Shown here one piece after another: positions 30,433-52,550 of a stretch of 64,000 nt of DNA (within the stretch, counting starts at the first letter, position 1; every line of letters starts with the position of its first letter). The position numbers were made by a program, and so were the translations under genes. The notes beneath the pieces were generated by a model. It made no database searches. It was given only the letters and a program-made list of their open reading frames with translations, and was not told where the DNA came from. Origin of the DNA: the human T2T-CHM13v2.0 reference genome, Homo sapiens. The stretch is from NCBI RefSeq assembly GCF_009914755.1, contig NC_060925.1; one strand, 5' to 3'.

Positions 30433-30622
30433 TGTCCATCATCTTTTTATCAACCTTGTTAGCAGCCTAGGAGTTCAGAATAGGGTGAGAGGGAGAAGGC
30501 ACTAATATTTAGCATTTTAGTTAAGTACTTACAATGTGCCAGCCATGTTTATAAGAATAAATTAATGAATTTGATTAATTCAACCAATATTTATTGAATA
30601 CCAATTTTTATGGTAACCATTA

Positions 30623-30942
<320 letters not shown>

Positions 30943-31504
30943 GAAGAGAATCCTGGCCTTCAAGGAGTTTACAATCTAAAAGGGGAGATTAAGAAGTACA
31001 CAAAGCACTTTGAGAATTCAGAGTAGGAAGAGATCACTTAGCAGATAAAGGAAAATAAAAAACATTAGGAGAAAAACACCAGCATACTCAATTTGCCATA
31101 ATCTCTCCTAAATTTTCATTTATCAGTTTAAACTTATCAACTAGTTAAGTTTGATAGTTGTAAACCTGCAATTTTCCTTCCTAGACTTCAGTTTTAATGG
31201 CTCAGTATTGTAAAAACTGTAGCACAGGTTTATATCACATAAGAAAACATGGTCCTAGTGTTTATAGCCTTCGGCATGGTTGCTTCTCAGCTAAATCATA
31301 AAAAGAGAAGTTAAACAGAAATTTACTAGTTTACAGAGGAAAGAACAGATGATAAGGCAGCTGAGACACAAAGTGTAGACTGTTCTTTTGAGAAGTCTGG
31401 CTTCCTAAAGGCAGGAACTAGACTGAAACACTACCAGCAATCATAATCCTACATATTTCCGGTTCTCCTTCTAGTTCTTTGACTGCTCTTTTTCAATTCG
31501 TTCT

Positions 31505-31568
31505 TCTTCATAAAGATTGTTTGGGTCCTTTGCCTTTCCATATACATTTTAGAATAAGCTTGTTACTT

Positions 31569-31599
<31 letters not shown>

Positions 31600-32930
31600 A
31601 ATCCCTCCTGGGATTTTGATAGCGATTGTATTGAATCTATAGATCAATTTGGAGAGAATCGTCATCTAAATAATATTGGGGCCAGCCATGGTGGTTCACG
31701 CCTGTAGGCCCAGCACTTTAGGAGGCTGAGGCAGGTGGATTGCTTGACCCCAGGAGTTTGCAACCAGCCTGGGCAACATGGCGAAACCCTGTTTCTACCA
31801 AAAATACAAAAATTAGCCGGGCATGGTGGCATGCACCTGTAATCTCAGCTACTCAGGAGGCTGAGGCACAAGAATCGCCTGAACCCAGGAGGCGGAGGTT
31901 GTAGTGAGCTGAGATTGCGCCACTGCACTCCAGCCTGGGTGAGAGTGAGAATTGGTCTCAAATAAATAAATAAGTAAATAAAATTGGGTCTTCCAATCCA
32001 TCAACATGGAATGTCTCTCCATTTATTTAGTTTTTCTTTAATTTCTCTCAGCTATATTTTAGTGTACATGTCTTAAATTTCTTTCGTTAAATTTATTCCT
32101 AAGTAGTTTTTGTTGCTACTATGATTGCTATTGTTTTCTAAATTCAATTTTCAGATTGTTCATTACTAGTATATAGATATATAATTAATTTTAGTATATT
32201 GATCTTATATTCTACAACCCTGTTGAACTCATTTATTAGTTCTAAGAGTATTTTTATGGATTTCTTAGGATTTCCTACATAGAAGATCATGTCACCTTTG
32301 AATAAAGAGAGTTTTACTTCCTCCTTGCCAATAACGAGTGCCTCTTATTGCTTTTTGTTGCCTGGTAACACCAGCTAGAACCTCTAGTACAATATTAAAT
32401 AGAAGTGGTGACAACAGATATCCTTGTCTTATTCCCGATCTTAGGGGGAAAGCATTCAGTCTTTCTCCATTAAATATAATGTTAATTGTGGGTTTTTCAG
32501 GGATTTTTTTTAAATCAGGTTGAGGAAGTACCCTTCAATTTGTAGTTTACTGAGATTTTTTCTTTTTATCTTGAATGAGAGCCAGATTTTGTCAAATGCT
32601 TTTTCTGCATCTACTTTGCTTTATTCTATTAACTATGGTACATTACATTTTCAGATGTTAAACCAAACTTGCATTTGTGAGGTAAATCCCACTTGGTCAT
32701 GGTATATAAGCCTTTCTATATGTTGCTGGATTCAGTTTCCTAATATTTTGTTGAAGATGTTTGTGTCTATATTCATAAGGGCTGTTGTTTTATAGTATTT
32801 TTATATCATATCTTTGGTTTGGTATCAGGAAAATACTGCTCTCATCAAATGATTTGGGGAGTATTCCTTCCTCATTTATTTTCTGAGTTTGTGAAGGATT
32901 GGCACTATTTCTTTTCTAAAAGTTTATAAG
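31505..32930 (-). mobile_element. Old L1 (L1M) ORF2 fragment interrupted by (TG)n 31569-31596 and a + strand Alu 31680-31985
   Basis: ttgaatctatagatcaatttgg, ccttgtcttattcccgatcttagggggaaagcattcagtctttc and ttgaggaagtacccttc are antisense L1 RT-region motifs. Explains ORFs 32338 and 32520. Confidence 0.88.
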
Positions 32931-33169
32931 ATGACAGTTCTTGTTAATATCTTTAATCTTGGTGTCCTTTGTTGCATCTAGCACAGAGTTTTGCTCAATA
33001 ATTATTAGGAAATAAATTGAATTATACAACTACATCCCAGAAGTGGCTAAAATAGTATTTAAACAGTGTCCTGAATTTAAACCAAAGGCATTTTTAAAAT
33101 GGAGAATACTATGACAAACAATCTAAACTTACTACTTTTAAGTTTAAGAAAACTAAAATATTTACTTAC

Positions 33170-33262
33170 TAGGTAATAGCTCTCTATCAGCCGTCTCTGT
33201 GCAGCTGGGATAAGGGTAAAATAGATGTCCTTTCTCTAACGGGTATGGAATCATTCTAAAAG
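33170..33262 (-). CDS. ST7L: ST7L coding exon: (T)[30 protein letters not shown]
   Basis: ttttcctcag|CT acceptor, A|gtaagt donor, 93 nt, phase 1 to 1; ST7-family sequence. Not in the ORF track. Confidence 0.96.
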
Positions 33263-33678
33263 CTGAGGAAAAAAAAGCATGTGTTGATACTCAATTCTGT
33301 CTCATTTACCATCCTATATTTGGAGACAAATTTATATAGAAATTTCACATACTATTTTCTTTTTTTAGTGAGACATTTAGATACGAGAAACAAAGTAAGC
33401 AAAATAATAAATAAGGGGAAGGATAAGATTTATTTAGATAATAGTGAATGGTCTAGTCTGGCTGGAGTAAAACTATAGGGAGTGATAGATGAGACTGGCT
33501 GGGTCCTTCTTTGCTTCATTCAGTCTCCTCATTACAAACACAATTGATAATTCCAAAGCAGAATTGATAATTCTGCCCCTTACAGAAATCTTCATATAAC
33601 TGGGATGTATATAACTGTTGTGGCCATTACTATTGGCAACCTAAAATAGTTTTCAATGGTTCCTAACTTCACATGTGA

Positions 33679-34016
<338 letters not shown>

Positions 34017-34039
34017 TATGAGCAGATCTTAATCTAGAT

Positions 34040-34254
34040 CAGGGGTCACCAAAGTATGGCCCTTTGGCCAGGTCTGGCCCACTATGATTTTATAAATAAA
34101 ACTTTATCGGAACATAGTTATGCCATTCATTTACATATTGGCTAAGGCTGTTTTCATGTTACAAGAATCGAGTAGCTGTGAAAAAAACTGTATGGCCCAC
34201 AAAATCTAAAATATTTACTATTTAGTCCCTTGCAGGAAAAGTTTGTCCACCCCG
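34040..34254. mobile_element. MER58A-like hAT-Charlie MITE
   Basis: Termini caggggtcaccaaa / gtttgtccaccccg; 8-bp TSD atctagat on both sides. Confidence 0.88.
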
Positions 34255-34329
34255 ATCTAGATTGTCACCAACTCCTGTGGATTTATTAAAGAAGAAATCT
34301 TTATTGATCTATTCCATTAGCTAAGTACA

Positions 34330-34894
34330 TAAATCTTTAACGTTGTCAATAGGTTCTTGGAAACTGTGACTTTAAATGAAATGTCATATAATAAAACCAA
34401 TTTTACCATAGGCTAACTGATATAAACAAGAGTTAAGTTCCTTGGTCACAAAACATCACCAAACTTCTAAATAAAGATCCAAAACACTTCTTATATTAAA
34501 CATTGAAATAAATGTGAGCTATACATACGTTTAAGAAAGATTCATAAAAACAGGATCATTATTTACCCAATTATTTTAGTTCAGGGTCAAGCACGGCCAG
34601 AGCCTATCCTGGCAGCCCAGGGTGCAAGGCAGGAACCCACCCTGGACAGGACACCATTCCAGTATACCACTCACACACACCCCCACACTCACTCATACTG
34701 AGACAATTTAGATACACCAATTAACCTAATGTGCACATCTTTGGGATGTAAGGGGAAACCCACAAAGGCATGGGAATATCTTGCAAACTTCACAAAGACA
34801 ATGGCCCTGGCTGGAAATCTGTTTTTTTTCCCCCCGATCAACATTATAATGAAATAATGTTGAATGAAACAACATTATTTAAGGGCCTGCTGTA
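34330..34894. mobile_element. Tigger3-family non-autonomous DNA transposon
   Basis: ttaacgttgtcaataggttcttggaaactgtgacttt..aacattatttaagggcctgctgTA. Confidence 0.75.
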
Positions 34895-34966
34895 GTCATC
34901 AAAATTGCGATAAGGTTTTTGTTTTTCCTTTCGTGTTTGGCTCTATAAACTTTTGTCGCAATTTAG

Positions 34967-35272
<306 letters not shown>

Positions 35273-35389
35273 TAGACTTTATTTTACCACAATAAGAAGT
35301 AGTTATTTGTCCAAAGTCATAGAGTAAATTAGTGATAACACTAATAAATCATTGATCATGATTCATGAAATACAGTATAAATCATAGGT

Positions 35390-35950
35390 GGTTGGGCATG
35401 ATGGCTCATGCCTGTAATCTCAGCTCCTTTGGGAGGCCAAGGTGGAAGGATTGCCTGAGGCCAGGAGTTCAAGACCAGCCTGGGCAACATAGCAAGACCT
35501 CATCACTACATAAAAAGTAATAAAAGAAAATAAAATCATACACTTATTGAAAACCTATTTGCCAAGCAGAATGTCAGGCAGTGAAGACATGCACAAAATG
35601 AGTGAGACAGAATATCTGCTTTTGAAAAAAAGAAAAGATATTCATTGAGTATAGACTTAAAAAAAACAAAACAAAACAAAAAACAATATCTGCTTTTGAG
35701 GAGCTTATGGACTACTGGAGAAAAAGCAAAAGTAAGTTGAATTACTCAAAGACATTTGGTTTCTCAAGCACATAATCCCAGTTTTATCAATCTTTTCTTT
35801 AAACACACACACACACACACACACACACATATTAGAGAGAATCTTGCTATGTTGCCCAGGGTGGTCTCAAATTTCTGGCCTCAAGTGATCCTCCTGCCTC
35901 AGCCTCCCTAGTGGCTGGAACTACAGGTGTGAGTCACAACACTTGGCTCA
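35390..35950. mobile_element. Alu monomers (+ 35390-35530; - about 35830-35950 with (CA)n 35803-35828)
   Basis: Left-arm/FLAM-like sequence. Confidence 0.8.
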
Positions 35951-36012
35951 TCAATTTTATTTACATTGTCATTGTCAAGCCACAGTGTCTGGCTTTTAGC
36001 AAATGGTTAATG

Positions 36013-36690
36013 CAGAGGTTCCAAAATTGGTTCAAGATAATTTCACTTGTTAATAGTGAGTCCAAACAACTTAAAAAATTTATGTTCTGATAATTTAGCA
36101 GCAATTTGGAAAAAAATGCACATAAATTTAAAGAATCAATAAATCAATTTTCTTATTTCATTTTTAAATGACCATAATTTCTTACTAATGAGATATAGGT
36201 ATGAGCCTATTAGACACTGTACAACTTCTCAAAACTTGGAATCACATTGGACACTACCATTCTCATTTCCTATATCACATTGATTTTTGTGTGGTACTTC
36301 TTTTAATCAGAGCAACTAACAAAACTCCAGCTTTGCAAAGATATAATGATATTGAAAGGAATGGAGAATGATCTAATGTTGAAACTGTGAACTGTCTGGA
36401 GCTAATAGTTTAAGTGATATCTGACAGATGTTGAATTATTCTTATTATTATTTTTGAGACAAGGTCTTACTCTGTCACCCAAGCTGGAATATAGTAGTGC
36501 CATCTCGGCTCACTAAAGCCTTGACCTTTTGGGAGGCCTCAGCCTCCCAAAGTGCTGAAATTACAGGCATGAGCCACCATACCTAGCCTTGAATATTGTA
36601 TTGTGTTTCCATTGAAAATTAAAAATGTTCTACAGCACTCTTGTGAATTGCTGCAATATCCAAGGTGCCTCAGAGTAGTTTGGGAACTGA
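36013..36690. mobile_element. Probable hAT-Charlie relic with an internally deleted antisense Alu (about 36445-36588)
   Basis: Termini cagaggttccaaaa / gtttgggaactg resemble hAT TIRs; subfamily uncertain. Confidence 0.5.
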
Positions 36691-36879
36691 GGCGGGTTAA
36701 CCAATTTTAGTGAATAAGCATTGAATTTATTTTTGAATTTTTACTGATAGCTGTGGTGTACTTTTCAAAAGAATTATGTGAATCCTATGGTAAAATGTTT
36801 TAATTAAGCTTCTTTACTTTCTTGGTGGTTATAAGAAGCAACAATTAAAGAGATCGGGTAGTTAGTTTAAAACAGTCCA

Positions 36880-37730
36880 ATTTATTCTCCAAAGAAGATA
36901 TATAAATGGCCAATAAACACATGAAAAGATGTTCAACATCACTAATCATCAGAGAAATGCAAAACACCACCACAATGAGATTCCACTTCACATCCATTAG
37001 GATGGCTATTATTTACATAAAGAAAAATCCCAGAAAATAACAAGTGTTGACAAGGATGTGAAGAAATTGGAACTTTTGTGCCTTGCTGGTGGGAATGTAA
37101 AATGGTGCAGCTGCTATGGAAAAAAACACTACTGAGCTTCCTTAAAAAATTAAACATAGAATTTTATGATCCAGCAATTCCCTTTCTGGGCATATACCCA
37201 AAAGAACTGAAAGCAGGAACTCAAATAGATATTTGTACACCAATATTTGTAGCAGCATTATTCACAATAGCCAAAAGGTAAAAACAACCCAAGTTAAATG
37301 GGTATCTGTTCATTAACAGATGAATGGATAAAAAAAATGTGATATATACATACAATGAATTATTCAGGCTTAAAAATGAAATTCTGATGCATATTACCAA
37401 TATAAATGAATTTTGAAGATATTATACTAAGTGAAAAAGGCCAGACAAAACAGAACAAAAATTACGTAATTCCACTTATATGAGGTACCTAGAGTAGTCA
37501 AACTCATAGAGACAAAGTAGAATGGTGGCTGCCAAGGGCTAGAGGGAGGCAAGACTGGGGAGTTATTATTTAATGGGTATAGAATTTCAGTTTGGGATAA
37601 TGAAAAAGTTCTGTAGATGGATGATGGTGATGTTCGTACAACACTATGAATGTACATAATGCCACTGAACTATATACTTAAAATAGTTAAAACTAAATTT
37701 TATGTTGTATATATTTTACAATAAAGAATA
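36880..37730 (+). mobile_element. L1 (L1MB-like) 3' end
   Basis: ORF2 C-terminal motifs (CWWECK..QLLWK; YDPAIP.LGIYPKE) in ORF 37078, followed by an L1M 3' UTR. Confidence 0.9.
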
Positions 37731-37852
37731 GGTTGATATTAGTTATGAAGAAAATAGTTTCATATTGTATACATCGGAAAACAAAACAAAACAAAAAGAC
37801 CAATTTTTAAAATATTAGAATAGCTCAACCACATTAAAAAAGTTGTAAGTCA

Positions 37853-38187
<335 letters not shown>

Positions 38188-38436
38188 TTACAAATATGTA
38201 ACTTAAATTAACATATGGCAGAATACCATAACAATTTCTCATTCTGCTTTTGTGGGATCAATATAACATTATGCATTTCTACCAATAAACCAAATATCTC
38301 ATCACTAATTTCCATTTGAAACCAATCTGAACGACAAATCCTTATGGAAACCCAGACAATCTCATTTAAAAAGACTGCCTGTGAATTCAATGAATAGTTA
38401 GAGAGATTAGTGTTACTTTTGGAAAAGAATACTTAC

Positions 38437-38587
38437 TGCCTTCCCATGTACACTGTAACAGATTAAGAGCACCTTCTATTCGTTTCCAGTGCTGAAGATG
38501 AAAGAAAGCATAGGCAATTGCTTCACTATCACCCCGTTTCAGAATGTGTTCTGGAGGTAAAATTAAACTTTTCATCTCTAATAAATA
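38437..38587 (-). CDS. ST7L: ST7L coding exon: [50 protein letters not shown]
   Basis: ctttcag|TAT acceptor, A|gtaagt donor, 151 nt, phase 0 to 1; lies within ORF 38387..38620; ST7-family motif. Confidence 0.97.
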
Positions 38588-39264
38588 CTGAAAGAGTAAC
38601 ACACAGACACATATACACACAACAGAAAAAAGAAAAATTAAATTGTGTTAAATTCAAACACCCACAAAAATGTAGATTCAAAGTGTTAGAAAGTTAAACT
38701 GATTTTTAAAAAACTAACTGAAATGACATGAAGATACTGATAACATGTATAAAATGCTTATATACGCAAATTATGAAAACCAGAATATTTCTATAGGTAA
38801 AAATAAGGTGATAAATGGCATATGTGTGGCCTGGCTAAATACAAAATGGAAACTCGAGCTGAGAAGATGTGAGAGTAGATATTTATTTTTCCAAAAAGGA
38901 ATTAAATGTAAAAATTACACATTTTTTATTTTTAAAATTCATTTATTTTAAATTTTTAATTAAGCCATTTCCTACTGAAAGGAAGAATTAAATATAAAAA
39001 TTATGAAATCCAATTTTGGAACAATATTTGTGCAATTCTTTTTTCTCTTACTTACATTTTATAGGTGAAAGAACTTAATTGTGGAAAAGTTCAATTAAAT
39101 TCCTATTTACTAAGTTCAAAGCACTGTGGTTGTTAGGGAATACCAAAGAACGCTTTGCCTGTTCTGTGGAGCTACATAATGCAATGGAAAAGACAGATTT
39201 CTTAAGTGAATAATTATAACAAGACTACGGTGAGTACTTTATTAGAGGTATACACAATGTACAA

Positions 39265-39619
<355 letters not shown>

Positions 39620-39639
39620 TTAATTTTTTTAATTTAGTT

Positions 39640-40218
39640 TTTAAATAACAGCCTTTATTGAGATATAATTCACATACCTTAGAATTCACCCATTAAAGTA
39701 TACAATTCGAGGATTTTTAATATATTCAGAGATATGTGCAACTATTGCCAAAGTCAATTTTAGAACATTTTCATCACTTCAAAAGAAAATCCTGTACCCT
39801 TTAGTTACAACTCACTTCTCCCCTAGTCCCCCAACCCCCTTAAGCAACTACTAACCTATCTTATATCTCTATAGATTTGCCTATTCTGGATATTTCATAC
39901 AAATGGAATCATTTTGTGACTGGTTTCTTTCACTTAGCATAATGTTTTCAAGGTTCACCCAGTTTGTAGCATGCATGGGTACTTGTGCCTCATTTCTTCT
40001 TATGGCTGAATAATACTGCATTGTACATATGGTATATATGTTCTGTTTATCCATTCATCAACTGACAGATATTTGGTTGTTTTTAGCTTTCGGCTATTAT
40101 GAATAATGTTGTTATAAACACTTGTGTATAAGTTTCAGAATGAACATATGTTTTTGTTTCTCTTGAGTAAGTACCATGGAGTAGAACTGCTGAGTCATAT
40201 GATAACTCTATGTTTAGG
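39640..40218 (-). mobile_element. L1M 3' end fragment
   Basis: tttattgagatataattcacata..ctttcacttagcataatgttttcaaggttca..gctgagtcatatgataactctatgttta. Confidence 0.88.
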
Positions 40219-41814
40219 AAGTATTATGATTTAGAGGCTAGAAATAAACCACTTGATGGGATTTGACTTGATATTTACAGATAGGTAGAATGTGGATGAG
40301 TGGACTGGGGAGTGAGGAGAACAGCAGGAGGACATAAACAAAGCACAGGGCCATCTTGAATAAAGGCACTGAACCAAGAGAGCATACTGCAGGATACATT
40401 TAATGTGCCTGTTAAAGAAGTTATAGTTTTCTCTCAATTCTTCTTCAGATATGAACCTAAATTTTATCTTAAACTCCTAATGAAAATACTTGTACTAATA
40501 TTATCATTTATAACAAAAGCAGTGTAATCACAGTTACTATAGCAATCAAATGTACTTGTTATATGTAGAAAGATACAAAGTTAACTATCTGTACAGCATC
40601 TTTACTATTAGTCAACTTAAAACCTTTAAAAACTTACTTAGTTAGCTAAATACTATCTCCAAAGACTGAGACCAGAATGCACTTGCCCTTCTAGAATAGG
40701 TTTGAAATTACCTCTTTGGTTCCAAACAATTTGATATCAAATTATGTGTCATAAGATACAAATTATGTTAACTTCTCTTATAAAATATAAAAAGAGAAAC
40801 ATTCCAGAGGTGTCTCAAAAGATACACTCTCAGATTTCAAATTCTAGTTCCTCAGGTTGTTATACAAACTAACGGGACAACAGAAATTAAAGAGCTGAAT
40901 TTGTGAAACACTTTGTAAAACTGCTACAAGCAATAAGACTCTAGGAAGACTCTTAAAAACAAAAAGCTGTAGTGGTTTCAAAATTTAAGCCTTACTTTAT
41001 TTAATCAATATACATGTACTCCTCATATTATATCTAAAATAATTTTTCGATTTATGAAATGTACCTTTCCAACAATTACTAAGTTTAATGCCCATCTTTA
41101 ATTACTCTTACTCTTGATGTCTTTGGCTCTGTTCTCAAAGTGTAAGAATATAGTCTGCTCATCAATTTATTTTACCAGATGTCACAAACTATGAGATTAT
41201 TTACTAATCCAGTTTGGGGACTTAACATTTCCCATTCAGTTTCTTAAAGGAATGCAGTAGAGGTTGTGTCCTGGTCAAGCAAAGCCCATTTGATGCCTGG
41301 TTGGGTTCTCTCCCCTTAGTGCTTTGGGCCTATATTCAGGAGGGTAATATTCTTTCTAATCCCCTCTAATCCTTGCCCATTTTTTTTAAAACACAGTAAA
41401 AGATCACTCGCACCAGGCGGCTGTGGGAAAATGGACTCAAATAGCTGACCTCTGACATGACTCCTTATGTTCTTTGCAAGCGCACTAAGAGCTTCTTCAG
41501 TAGGAAGCAAAGAAAATGTGGCAATCACAGTGGAATTGTCATAATAAAAAGAATACTGAGTTTTCAGAAGAAAACTGCATAATATTTAAACCAAGTTCTT
41601 TCTATTAAAATTCTGTTTCATTTCACAGACAAGAGACAAAATATCCCAAATCATTTTCAGTGAATTTTAGAACTCCGAAGCCTTAAACCCCAACATGTTA
41701 AGTATTTAGTATATTCGTAACCATTTAGCAAATGTAAGCAAAGATATTCAGTTAACAATTATTAAGTAAAGCTTATATTACAAAAAATATCAATTTGATG
41801 TGTCAAAAAATACT

Positions 41815-44833
<3,019 letters not shown>

Positions 44834-44894
44834 ATCTACTTTCTTTAACTTAGATAGACTTTTAAAGCAATGCAGTTCCAAACTACAGATATGT

Positions 44895-46060
44895 CTGTTT
44901 CCCAGTGTTTACTGATTGTCTATATAAGCTAGGAAGAGTGTTGGACATTAAATGATAAGTAAGACAAGTGCCCTGCTTTTGTTCAGAGGGAACTATGGGA
45001 GAAACATACAAACAGACCAATTAAAAAAAAAGATATGATTGAGATACTGAAGGAACAGAGAAGAGAAAGCCGTTATCTCTTCTTGGGAAAACTAGAAAAA
45101 ACTCCTTATAAAGGAGACAACAGATGAGCAGGGTCTTAAAGAATGAGTAGAAATTTGCCAGGTAGAGAAGACAATGGCGGTGAGGTATGATGAGGCATGA
45201 CCAATCCAGGGAACAGTGACAATGAACATAATGAGCAAAGCAGAACTGGCAAAGAGTAAGGCTGGAGACAGATACTGGCCCAGAATATGAAGGGCTTTTA
45301 TAGGTGTAATACTAAAAGGTTGGTCCTTATCCTGTAGGCAATCGGGAACAAGCAGAGGTCTTTTAAGACTTGCTATTTAGGTAGATAACTCTGGCAATAG
45401 CTGGAATGGAGAAGGGCTGATGGCAGAAAGATGAGTGAGGAATCTGTTTTAATAGTCCACACAAGACACGGTAAAGTATTTGAGATTCTTTCTATGTCTA
45501 TCTCTATGTGTTTAGAAATGCGTAGAAAATGTGGGCCAATATATATACCAAACAGTAACAGGTGGTTACTTCAGAGAAGTAGAATTGGGAGGGAGAGAAC
45601 AGGAGATTTCTACTTTGTAAAAGTCTGAAGAGTCTGAATTTTTAAAAAGTACCTATTACTTTTGTTATAATAATAATAATAATAATAATATATTTTTTAA
45701 AGTACAGGTAATGAAGGCAAACAAGAGTCAGTGACAGTGGGGATGAGATAGATGGCTAGATCTGAAAAACATTTCAAAGGTTATAATATGAGTTGGCAAT
45801 TTGGAAATGGCAGAGGTAAGGGTTAATGAGAGGATAATGAAGCCATAAATCAAAATATAGAAATAAATGAGAGGCAGTTTGGCAGTTTGAAGAAAGGACT
45901 TAACAAATTTTAAAAATTCTGTTTGAGACACATTAAAGTGTTTGAGGTACTTAACATGTGATTTCCACAACCAGATGGAAATGCTAAGTCTACAGACAAA
46001 GAAAGAAGCCAGAGATAAAAGACACAGATTTGGAAATTATCAACAAATAAAACATAGCTG
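44895..46060 (-). mobile_element. Probable L2 relic
   Basis: Purine-rich gggtcttaaagaatgagtagaaatttgccagg..ccttatcctgtaggcaat..cacagatttggaaattatca, typical of antisense L2. Confidence 0.6.
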
Positions 46061-47078
46061 AGGACACAAACCAAAGCTAGGACCTAATATGTGCTATCAG
46101 ACCTTCCATATTACCTCTGACTCAGCCTATTGTGTCTGTAATGAGAAACTGCTTGGGACAATTTTAACTAGCATTCAACTATGAACAATACATTCAAATG
46201 AGTAAAACAAGAGAATTTAGCCTGTTGCTTTTCACTAAAAATATAATTATTAAGGCTCCTTTGGAAGCTATGGTTAAAAAGACATAATGATGTATGGTCT
46301 AGTGGTTTCTTTTACAACTCTAAAGCCCTATGTATGCTTACACTCAAATTTACTTTAATTTTGAACTGCTTTGATCTTTATAATTTATCTTTAGATTACT
46401 TTTTTCTATTACTTTGTAAATCTTACAACAGCTTTTGACCAAAAGCAATATAATTCTGACCTGAAGTAATGATAATGCTTTATAATCTTCCTCTTAAAAG
46501 CAGAGGTTAAAGAAAAATCTCTCTGAAGGCATCTGAAATTAAGGTACTTTGCTCTTGATCAGTCATGCACACAAAGAACCAACTTATCTCTGCAATTAGT
46601 TTTCTCAGTGCACATTCTATGAGATTGGACAGGCAGGGCGAATGCAGAGTCCACATTGGTATGTATTGGGGGAGACTAAAGACAGTTCCCAGATAGAAAA
46701 TAAACAGAACTGCTATGTGAATAAACTGAAAGAAAACATAATACTACCTAACAATTTCAGGAGCCAAATAAAGTGACTTATACTGAAGGGAAAAGGAAAG
46801 GAGGCTGGAGAGGGCATTGCTACAAGAAAACTCCTTTCCACATCATCCTACAGAGCCACACCTCAAGATATAAGCATTTCATATCTCAACTCTTCTACTT
46901 AGGCCACAGTACAACATAAGGGAAAGGCAAAGGTTTCATTGTGCTCTAAGTTTGGGTCACAGACTTCAACACTTCTCCTTTGCTCTCTTTACCCCTGCTA
47001 TGCCACTCGGAATGTCAACTGAGCACCTGTTTCCCTTTTATCTTTTATATATGCCGGTGCTATGATATAAGTAGTTTA

Positions 47079-48627
<1,549 letters not shown>

Positions 48628-48734
48628 TCAATAATAGCCTGACACTCAGACACTGTGTTAAGCACTTCACATACATTATCTAATTTCATCAGAAGGCATG
48701 ATACTTTTACAATGCTTTCCATGCTAAGTCAAAT

Positions 48735-50385
<1,651 letters not shown>

Positions 50386-50821
50386 TTGTTTTTTATAGTA
50401 ATTATTTTATATTTGAATATAAAATAAAATTTAGAAGAATTCAGCTATAGTATGCTTACTTTAAAAATCATCAATAAAATATTACAGCAAGCCATTGTTA
50501 GATCTTAAAGTTGGGCGATATTATTCTAACTGATGTGTGAAGTGTCATACCAACAATAGTTACATTTATAGTAGATCACTGACATTCAGGGATCTAACGT
50601 TTACAATTTCTACTCTTTGTGGGAGCTCCAAATACCCATGATGTATAGCAGGCATCATTTTGCTAAGGCACAAATTTGAATAACATGCTTTGAGGCTTGT
50701 GCACGCATGTGAATGATGTACCTAATGAATACATCTAGCAGGCTCTTTAGCATCTGTATCTCAGCAAGGTTTGTGACCCATTCTCATGTTTACATTTCAT
50801 AGGTGAAAATACATGTAATAG

Positions 50822-51462
<641 letters not shown>

Positions 51463-51479
51463 AAAATTTAAAAATATGC

Positions 51480-52235
51480 AACTTGAACATATATCTGTCC
51501 AAAGAAAAAACACAAACAGCCAATAAACATATTAAAGTGATGCTTAATATCATTAGTCATTAGGGAAATACAAAACAAAACTACAATGAAATATCACTTC
51601 ATACCCATTGGGATAACTATAATAAAAAAGACAGATAATAATAAGTGTTGAGACAAATGTAGAGGAACTGGAACTCACACATTGCTGAGGGAATGTAAAA
51701 TAATGCAGTTACTCTGCAAAACAGTTTGGCAGTCTCTCAAAAAATTAAACAGAATTACTTGCGATCTACCAGTTCCACTTCTAGGTGTATACTTGAGAGA
51801 ATTGAAAAATTTATGTTCACACAAAAACTTGTACATGAATGTTCATAACAGCATTATTCATGCTAGTCAAAAAGTGAAACCAACCCAAATGTCCATCAGT
51901 TGAATGTATAAACAAAATGTGGTACAATGGAATAGTATTCAGCCATAAAATGAAGGAAGTACTGACATATGCTACATTATGCTAAGTGAAAGAAGTCAGA
52001 CACAAAAGGCCACTATTATACGATTCAATTCATATGAAAAGTCCAGAATAGGCAAATGCATAAAGACAGAAAGTAGATTAGTGGTTGTGAGGGACTGGGG
52101 GGTGACTACTAACAGGTACTTCTTTCCAGAATTAAATAGTGGTAATGATTTTACAACCTTGTGAATATACTAAAAACCACTGAATTATATCCTTTAAAAG
52201 TGAATTTTATAGTATGTAAATTATCTCAATAAGAA
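51480..52235 (+). mobile_element. L1M 3' end fragment
   Basis: L1 ORF2-end and 3' UTR motifs; explains ORFs 51682 and 51979. Confidence 0.87.
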
Positions 52236-52245
52236 AGACAGTATC

Positions 52246-52550
52246 AGCTGGGCGCAGTGGCTTACGCCTGTAATCCCATGACTATGGGAGGCCGAGGCGG
52301 GTGGATCACGAGGTCAGGAGATCAAGACCACCCTGGCTAACATGGTGAAACCCCATCTCTACTAAACATTACAAAAATTACCCGGGCGTAGTGGCACGCA
52401 CCTGTAGTCCCAGCTACTCAGGAGGCTGAGGCAAGAAAATCGCTTGAAACCGGGAGGTGGAAGTTGCAGTGAGCCGAGATAGCACCACTGCATTCCAGCC
52501 TGGATGACAGAGGAAGATTCTGTCTCAAAAAAAAAAAAAAAAACAAAAAA
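52246..52550 (+). mobile_element. Alu
   Basis: Alu consensus. Confidence 0.94.

Noticed and set aside
41316-41528. 70-aa - strand ORF in unique sequence
   Set aside because: No ST7-family or other recognisable similarity, and the ST7L exon chain is complete without it.
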